The notes under the pieces are model-generated. The model did no database searches. It worked only from the letters and a program-made list of their open reading frames with translations, and was not told where the DNA came from. DNA of 10,697 nucleotides from Promethearchaeota archaeon (GTDB lineage Archaea; Asgardarchaeota; Lokiarchaeia; Sigyniarchaeales; SOKP01), in assembly GCA_048941265.1 (NCBI GenBank), contig JBHLNT010000147.1:1-10697 (forward strand), given 5' to 3'. A program made the translations under genes and the position numbers. Of the stretch, positions 1 to 5,132 are shown one piece after another; positions within the stretch are counted from its first letter, which is position 1, and each line of letters starts with the position of its first letter.

Positions 1-194
1 TCTATTGCAAGCACCTGAGCTGCCACTTCAGATAATAAAACTGTATTTTTCCCTGTACCGCAACCAATTTCAATTATTTTTTTATTTTTAAACTGTTGAA
101 TGAGTTTTCTTACGATCAAATGATCTAGATCCCTCGTAGGATTATTATCTTGGTCGTAAATATCACTCCATAAATTATAATTTTCTTTTGTCAT
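1..194 (-). CDS. Class I SAM-dependent methyltransferase, N-terminal part (runs off the left edge)
   Basis: Not in the ORF track. Manual translation from ATG at 194 gives MTKENYNLWSDIYDQDNNPTRDLDHLIVRKLIQQFKNKKIIEIGCGTGKNTVLLSEVAAQVLAI(D), open to the edge. It has SAM motif I (IIEIGCGTG) and starts 2 nt after the trpA stop. Confidence 0.88.
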   Translation of the reverse strand, partial: MTKENYNLWSDIYDQDNNPTRDLDHLIVRKLIQQFKNKKIIEIGCGTGKNTVLLSEVAAQVLAI

Positions 195-196
195 AT

Positions 197-1033
197 TCAC
201 TTCAGACTCTTTTTTATACTAGATACAAATTCTACCATTTCTGTTTCCATTTTTGAATAATTATTAAGATTGGCCTTAATAATATTTACAATAGCCGAGC
301 CGATTATAACTCCATCGGCTCCGGCTTCAACAATTGTTTTTGCATGTTCGGGTTGAGAAATTCCAAATCCTACTAATATCTGGAGAATTCCGATTGTTTT
401 TTGTTTTATTCTTTTAATGGTATCTTTTGTTATTTGAGCTACAGTGTCTCTCGCCCCTGTAACGCCCATTAGAGATATCAGATATATAAATCCTTTAGCT
501 TTCTTTAATATCATTCTGAGTCTTTCTTCGGTTGTTGAGGGCGCAATCAGAAAGATCAGAAGAATATTATACTTTTCACATGCTTTTAAAGCTAAATCTG
601 CCTCTTCAATAGGAAGATCTCCGATAACTATACCCTCAACTCCGCTCTCTCTAAGCAATTTAAAAGTTCTGTCTAATGAGGCTTCAATTGTTTCTTCTCC
701 TTGTATAAGAATATTATAGTAGGTCAAAATTACTATGGGTTTTTTTGTTTGTGTTCTTATTTCTTTAATCGCATCCAATGCTAGTTTTGTATTTATTCCG
801 GCATTAAATGCTCTCACATTTGCTTCTTGGATGGTGGGACCATCAGCAATAGGATCAGAGAACGGAATACCAATCTCAAGAATATCTATATAAGGTTCAA
901 TTGCTAACGCCAATTTCTTGAATTGGATAATATCAGGATCTCCGGCTACTAAGAAAGGCATAAAGTATTTGTATTTATTATGCTTATTTTTCTCAAATAA
1001 TTCCAATAATCCGTTCTTTTTCATCTTTTCCAT
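197..1033 (-). CDS. trpA: Tryptophan synthase alpha subunit
   Basis: Motifs AGDP, ILEIGIPFSDPIADGPTIQ (catalytic Glu and Asp), TYYN, GVTGAR, VGFGIS and GADGVIIGSAIV. ATG at 1033 is preferred over GTG at 1036 because the paralogous copy starts MEK at the equivalent ATG. Confidence 0.97.
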   Translation of the reverse strand: MEKMKKNGLLELFEKNKHNKYKYFMPFLVAGDPDIIQFKKLALAIEPYIDILEIGIPFSDPIADGPTIQEANVRAFNAGINTKLALDAIKEIRTQTKKPIVILTYYNILIQGEETIEASLDRTFKLLRESGVEGIVIGDLPIEEADLALKACEKYNILLIFLIAPSTTEERLRMILKKAKGFIYLISLMGVTGARDTVAQITKDTIKRIKQKTIGILQILVGFGISQPEHAKTIVEAGADGVIIGSAIVNIIKANLNNYSKMETEMVEFVSSIKKSLK

Positions 1034-1069
1034 CACACTTTCTTAAATTTGTAATTTTTTGATTATTTT

Positions 1070-1079
1070 AAAAAAAAAA
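1070..1079 (-). terminator. U10 tract in the trpA 5' leader, candidate attenuator or terminator
   Basis: A10 on plus (T10 on minus), about 20 nt downstream of the 1099-1148 hairpin and 36 nt before the trpA ATG. The second copy has A7 at 3726-3732. Oligo-T tracts are established archaeal termination signals. Confidence 0.5.
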
Positions 1080-1098
1080 TAGATAATTATAATTTGAA

Positions 1099-1148
1099 TT
1101 AGAATTCTCTTATTGCAACTCATTTCTTTTAAGAAAGAGAAATTCTAA
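1099..1148 (-). promoter_or_regulatory. AU-rich stem-loop in the trpA leader
   Basis: Arms TTAGAATTCTCTT (1099-1111) and AAGAGA-A-ATTCTAA (1135-1148) form a 13-bp stem with a single bulged base. Confidence 0.5.
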
Positions 1149-1162
1149 ATATAAATAGACGC

Positions 1163-1190
1163 CATTGCGCACGTTCTATGCGTGCCAACG
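1163..1190 (-). promoter_or_regulatory. GC-rich stem-loop overlapping the last codons and stop of the leader ORF
   Basis: Minus strand reads CGTTG-GCACG-CATAGAA-CGTGC-G-CAATG: a GCACG/CGTGC stem extended by CGTTG/CAATG, with the leader stop TAG in the loop. It is a local GC island in a very AT-rich spacer. Confidence 0.55.
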
Positions 1191-1247
1191 CCAAATCCAA
1201 AACCAAGTTATTTTATAAAAATCGCAATTTTTATTCAATTCTGTCAT
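1176..1247 (-). CDS. Putative Trp-rich leader peptide (TrpL-like), 23 aa: MTELNKNCDFYKITWFWIWRWHA
   Basis: ATG ACA GAA TTG AAT AAA AAT TGC GAT TTT TAT AAA ATA ACT TGG TTT TGG ATT TGG CGT TGG CAC GCA TAG. Four TGG codons within 7 codons, on the same strand as trpA and ending 142 nt upstream of it. Confidence 0.8.
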   Translation of the reverse strand: MTELNKNCDFYKITWFWIWRWHA

Positions 1248-1280
1248 CAAATATTCAACTTGATTTGGTTTATTATTTGA

Positions 1281-1304
1281 TATTAAAGTTAGATTTTATT
1301 TATA
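1281..1304 (-). promoter_or_regulatory. Candidate TATA boxes for the leader-trpA transcript
   Basis: TTTAATA (1281-1287, minus) lies about 34 nt upstream of the leader ATG, matched by TTTATAT (3934-3940) at similar spacing in the second copy. An alternative is TATAAATA at 1297-1304, preceded by GCAAAA. The AT-rich background weakens both calls. Confidence 0.35.
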
Positions 1305-1501
1305 TTTTGCTTTAATTTAAGGATTATAAAATATTAAGGTTTTACGATATAATTTATTGACCTTTATACAGAGTATGCTTTTTAACTCAAATTTGTATAA
1401 TCTCTTCTAGTACAAAATTTAATTCTATTCTATTTTATATATATAAAAATCATTTAATAAATAATTATTAAATTAAGCAAGTTTCCAATTCCCTTATTTT
1501 A

Positions 1502-1530
1502 TTATGAAAATTGGACTCCTAATTTCATAA
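1502..1530. promoter_or_regulatory. Imperfect inverted repeat upstream of the ABC operon, candidate operator
   Basis: TTATGAAAATTGG-ACT-CCTAATTTCATAA: 11 of 13 positions are complementary. It ends 73 nt before the ATG at 1604. Confidence 0.35.
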
Positions 1531-1603
1531 ATATCAAATATCAATAGAATAATGTAATATCTATTTATTTAATGCAATTATAAACTTGAGTTGTATTTAA
1601 CCA

Positions 1604-2629
1604 ATGAAAGAACCAATAGTAAAATTCTTAAATCTTACAAAAAAATATCATGATCTAATAGCTGTGAATCATCTAAACCTAGAAATTTACAAGGGTGAGA
1701 TTCTTGGATTTTTAGGACCAAATGGTGCTGGAAAAACTACTACAATGAAAATTTTGGGAGGATTAGTGAAACCGACGTTAGGAAATATTGAAGTAAACAT
1801 AGGAAACGGAAAATTTATTGACACGAGGGAAGTTCCAACCGAATTATATAAAAGATTTGGTTTCCTTATTGATATTCCTGCTTTTTACGGCCAAGTTTCC
1901 GCAAGACAAATTCTTAAGTTTTATTGTCGTTTATTGGGGATCCCAAAAAAAGATATTAATAAACAAATTGATTGGGCACTTGATATTGTTGAATTAACGA
2001 AATGGGGAGAAAAAATTTTAAAAGAATACTCAAAAGGAATGATTCAAAGACTTGGACTTGCGCAAGCAATTGTTCACAATCCAGATGTATTAGTTTTAGA
2101 TGAACCTCAAACAGGTTTAGATCCTGGTGGGCGCTTACAAGTTCGAAATATCATAAAAAAGTTAAAGAAAATGGGTAAAACGATCTTTTTATCATCACAT
2201 TTATTATATGAAATTTCAGAAATCTGCGATCGCATAGCAATCATTAACCATGGTGAATTAATTGAAATAGATAAAATCGCTAATTTAGAACAAAGAATGA
2301 CTAAAAAAGAAGTTGCAGTAGAACTTTTAGAACCAATAGAAAGGTCTTCGCTCGATAAATTAATTGAAAATATCGTTCAAAAAATCGAACCTTATAGCGA
2401 GAAAGACGATAAAATCCCTGTTATTTATGATGATACTTTACCAGGATTCCATATATACTATGATGGTAAGCCAACTTCAAGAAAGGATATTCATGACATC
2501 TTATCTATGGACTTGAAACTTCCCATTATTGGGTATAGTAAAATTCGGACTTCACGTTTAGAAGATCTTTATATTGAATTAGTAAAAGAAGATAATGGAA
2601 AGATTTCTAAAGGCATGGAGGTGCGCTAA
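1604..2629 (+). CDS. ABC-2-type (multidrug/CcmA-like) exporter ATP-binding protein
   Basis: Walker A GPNGAGKTT, signature YSKGMIQR, Walker B VLVLDEP, H-loop LSSH, and the C-terminal LEDLY motif typical of this family. Confidence 0.95.
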   Translation: MKEPIVKFLNLTKKYHDLIAVNHLNLEIYKGEILGFLGPNGAGKTTTMKILGGLVKPTLGNIEVNIGNGKFIDTREVPTELYKRFGFLIDIPAFYGQVSARQILKFYCRLLGIPKKDINKQIDWALDIVELTKWGEKILKEYSKGMIQRLGLAQAIVHNPDVLVLDEPQTGLDPGGRLQVRNIIKKLKKMGKTIFLSSHLLYEISEICDRIAIINHGELIEIDKIANLEQRMTKKEVAVELLEPIERSSLDKLIENIVQKIEPYSEKDDKIPVIYDDTLPGFHIYYDGKPTSRKDIHDILSMDLKLPIIGYSKIRTSRLEDLYIELVKEDNGKISKGMEVR

Positions 2630-2633
2630 GAAA

Positions 2634-3392
2634 ATGACATTGAGTTTAAATATTAAGAGAAATTTAAATATGAGACAAATATACGAGATATATAAATTTG
2701 AACTCTTATTACAGAAAAAAAGATATATTATATTCTTAATCCTCTCCCTCCTAATTTATAATTTATTTGCAATTTTTTCAATAGTAGCTCCAAATGCACT
2801 ATCTTTTGTCGTTTCGGCCATAAATCAATTAGGATCATTTCTCATGCTAATATGTATCTTTTTTGTCGGAGGAATTATAGCTGAAGAATTTGATAAACGA
2901 ACAGCTCTAACTAACTTTACTAAAACCGGTAGGGATAACTTCTTTGTAGGAAAATCTTTAGCAGCTTTTACTGTAGTTTTATTTTGGATTGGTCCTGCTT
3001 TTATGGAGACTATAATATTCTGTTTAATTATATATGGCGAAGTACCTTTTCAACTTTTTATTTGGTTCGGTTATTACTGTTTAGTTGGAGGCATGTATAC
3101 CGGGCTCTATCTTTTACATAGTGCAATATTTCGGTCTGGTTCTCAAGCTATGGCAATTAGTTTTTTTACATTTATAACTTTAATAATTGCTTTTGGAATA
3201 TTAGGAGCATTCTTCGGACTCTGGTATTTATTTCCGATATACGCAGAAATAGCTGCATCAGCAATATTTAGTGGACCCATCTACGATGAAGATATCATGA
3301 TTAATGTCTATTTTGGCATAATTTTATCTTTAACTTATATGATTCCATGTATAATCCTCGCATTTATTCAGTTTAAAAGAAGAGATGTTTAA
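2634..3392 (+). CDS. ABC-2-type transporter permease
   Basis: About 6 hydrophobic segments, N-terminal IYKFELL and the IIAEEFDKRT...R...FVGK motif. It follows the ATPase. The start is more likely ATG 2634 or 2670 than the overlapping 2595. Confidence 0.88.
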   Translation: MTLSLNIKRNLNMRQIYEIYKFELLLQKKRYIIFLILSLLIYNLFAIFSIVAPNALSFVVSAINQLGSFLMLICIFFVGGIIAEEFDKRTALTNFTKTGRDNFFVGKSLAAFTVVLFWIGPAFMETIIFCLIIYGEVPFQLFIWFGYYCLVGGMYTGLYLLHSAIFRSGSQAMAISFFTFITLIIAFGILGAFFGLWYLFPIYAEIAASAIFSGPIYDEDIMINVYFGIILSLTYMIPCIILAFIQFKRRDV

Positions 3393-3395
3393 AAT

Positions 3396-3414
3396 TTCTT
3401 TTTTTCTTTTTTTT
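3396..3414 (+). terminator. Oligo-T terminator candidate after the ABC operon
   Basis: Runs of T7 and T8 separated by single C residues immediately after the permease stop. Confidence 0.5.
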
Positions 3415-3438
3415 AATAAAATATCAAAATAAAAATTA

Positions 3439-3686
3439 AATGCTAGTTTTGTATTTATTCCATCATTAAATGCTCTCACATTTACTTCTTGGATGTTGAG
3501 ACCATCAGCAATAGGATCAGAGAACGGAATATCAATCCTAAGAATATCTATATAGGGTTCAATTGCTAACGTAACTTTTTTGAATTGAGAAATATCAGGA
3601 TCTCCAGCTACTATGAAAGGCATAAAATTCTTGTATTTATTATGCTTATTTTTCTTAAATAATGCCAATAATCCGATCTTTTCCAT
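3439..3686 (-). pseudogene. trpA: Truncated trpA paralog (N-terminal ~82 codons)
   Basis: 65/78 aa identical to intact TrpA from GLL to TKLA. Homology ends abruptly at 3439. The catalytic motif has decayed (ILEIGIP to ILRIDIP, GPTIQ to GLNIQ). The ORF tail to 3330 is unrelated run-on sequence. Confidence 0.92.
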
Positions 3687-3828
3687 AAAATTTTCACTTT
3701 ATTTGTAATTTTTAATTATTTTAATAAAAAAATTGATTCTTATAATTTGAATTAGAATATTCTCAATAAAACTCATTTTTTTTAAGAAAGAGAAATTCTA
3801 CGTATAAATAGATGCCATTACGCACGTT

Positions 3829-3900
3829 TTATGCGTGTCAACGCCAATCCTAAAACCAAGTTATTCTTAAAAATCTAGTTTTTTCTACATTTTGAATCAA
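3829..3900 (-). pseudogene. Decayed copy of the Trp-rich leader ORF
   Basis: TTG ATT CAA AAT GTA GAA AAA ACT AGA TTT TTA AGA ATA ACT TGG TTT TAG GAT TGG CGT TGA CAC GCA TAA = LIQNVEKTRFLRITWF*DWR*HA*. Two Trp codons are now stops, there is no in-frame ATG, and the terminal stop is kept (TAG to TAA). Confidence 0.75.
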
Positions 3901-4099
3901 AATTGTTCTTTTACTTGGTTTTGATTATTATTGATATAAAAATTTTGTTGGATATTAGATCGTTAAAATATACTATAATGAGAATCTGAATTTCGTTATA
4001 TTAGTTAATGAGGAATTAAAAAACATTAAAAATTATTTCCTATAGTTAAACTATAACTTTTATTAATATTGATTTTATAGAGACTAGGTAATAAAATTC

Positions 4100-4930
4100 A
4101 TGATATTTGAAAGTGTATTTTTAATTAGAGGTGGTAGCTTTGGAAATGATTGGGGCCAAAAGCTAATTGTTGCTATAATAGGGATTATAGCTTGCATGTA
4201 CGATTATAAGACGAATGAAAAAAGGTTAGATTATTTCTGGGTTTTTATAACTGGAACAATCATATGGAGTGCTGTTGAGCTTAGTTTGCAATTAACAGGA
4301 GGGAGGGTTCTTCAAGAAAAATATCTCTTTGGACTTGTAGTAACTGATTGGTTATGGTTTACAATTCCTGTTCAAGCAATGTGTGAAGCAGGGACGATTG
4401 GTGTAATGGGGACGTATTTTGGCGATAGAATAATAAATAAAAAGACGAGGAAAAAAAATATATTTATTTTTGCATTAATTTTAGCGATAGTTACTCTATC
4501 GTTTCTGAGTAGTGGAATAAGCTATAGTGATGTAGATGTTGGTGGAGATGTTCCTTCTCGAAGAGAAATGTGGACTATAGGTGGATTTATTGCTCAGGCA
4601 ATAATAATTTTTCCTACTATTTATTGGCTTGGAACTACGGATTCTAAATCTCGAAAAAGAGGGTTATATATGATATTGGTTATGCTTGTTTGGGCTACTG
4701 TTTGGAATATTGGGCAATGGCTAATAGGAGAAAGATGGATTGAAGTAGGTATACAAAATTCCGATGGGAGCTACTCAAATTTACAGCGTGCTGATCCTAT
4801 GTTAGAATTTTGGGCGATGGTCTATGATACTATTTTTGAAATAACATTGGTCTATTCTCCATTCTTAGCGATACCCTATTTATTAGGACTAATCAAGAGT
4901 GAGGAAATAGTAGTGAATAATAAAGTTTGA
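4100..4930 (+). CDS. Uncharacterised polytopic membrane protein
   Basis: 276 aa with about 7 hydrophobic segments and 12 Trp. No family motif that I can confidently recognise. Confidence 0.8.
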   Translation: MIFESVFLIRGGSFGNDWGQKLIVAIIGIIACMYDYKTNEKRLDYFWVFITGTIIWSAVELSLQLTGGRVLQEKYLFGLVVTDWLWFTIPVQAMCEAGTIGVMGTYFGDRIINKKTRKKNIFIFALILAIVTLSFLSSGISYSDVDVGGDVPSRREMWTIGGFIAQAIIIFPTIYWLGTTDSKSRKRGLYMILVMLVWATVWNIGQWLIGERWIEVGIQNSDGSYSNLQRADPMLEFWAMVYDTIFEITLVYSPFLAIPYLLGLIKSEEIVVNNKV

Positions 4931-5079
4931 AAAATACATAACTCCTTTTTAGCAATGTTAAAATTAATGTGTTTGATATATAAAAAAAAGCAGAACCCAA
5001 CAGTAAAATTTATTACAATAACCTCCAAATTTATATTTTAGTGTAAGAATGTTTATAAAATTCAAAATTTTGTTTAAAT

Positions 5080-5107
5080 TAATTTTAAGCTTTTAATTTT
5101 AAGCTTT
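5080..5107. repeat. Perfect 14-bp tandem repeat (TAATTTTAAGCTTT x2) upstream of the histidine kinase
   Basis: Units at 5080-5093 and 5094-5107, each containing the palindrome AAGCTT. It runs into a TATA-like TTTAATATATA at 5105-5115. Confidence 0.7.
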
Positions 5108-5132
5108 AATATATACAAAAATAGAAGATAAA

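Larger units (their letters stand above)
777..1290. repeat. Direct repeat copy 1: trpA 5' third, leader and promoter region
   Basis: Aligns with 3439-~3943. The left junction is sharp at AATGCTAGTTTTGTATTTATTC; the right boundary is approximate. 1121-1212 vs 3774-3865 is 82/92 identical without gaps by manual count. Confidence 0.9.
3439..3943. repeat. Direct repeat copy 2: trpA 5' third, leader and promoter region
   Basis: Homologous to 777-~1290 at an offset of about 2.65 kb. The right boundary is approximate. Confidence 0.9.

Noticed and set aside
444-719. 91-aa plus-strand ORF
   Set aside because: Antisense shadow inside trpA with no recognisable motif.
1037-1290. T-box riboswitch or TRAP-binding site in the trpA leader
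   Set aside because: No T-box consensus (GGTGGNACCGCG-like) and no regularly spaced (G/U)AG repeats are seen on the minus strand.
3330-3686. 118-aa ORF as a functional mini-TrpA or fusion protein
   Set aside because: The catalytic Glu is replaced by Arg, two thirds of the barrel is missing, and the tail is run-on through a terminator tract and antisense to the permease.
3838-3852. Stop-codon recoding (TGA/TAG read as Trp) to explain the second leader
   Set aside because: TGA and TAG are ordinary stops in this window (trpA ends TGA, the receiver ends TAG), and no long gene contains in-frame stops.
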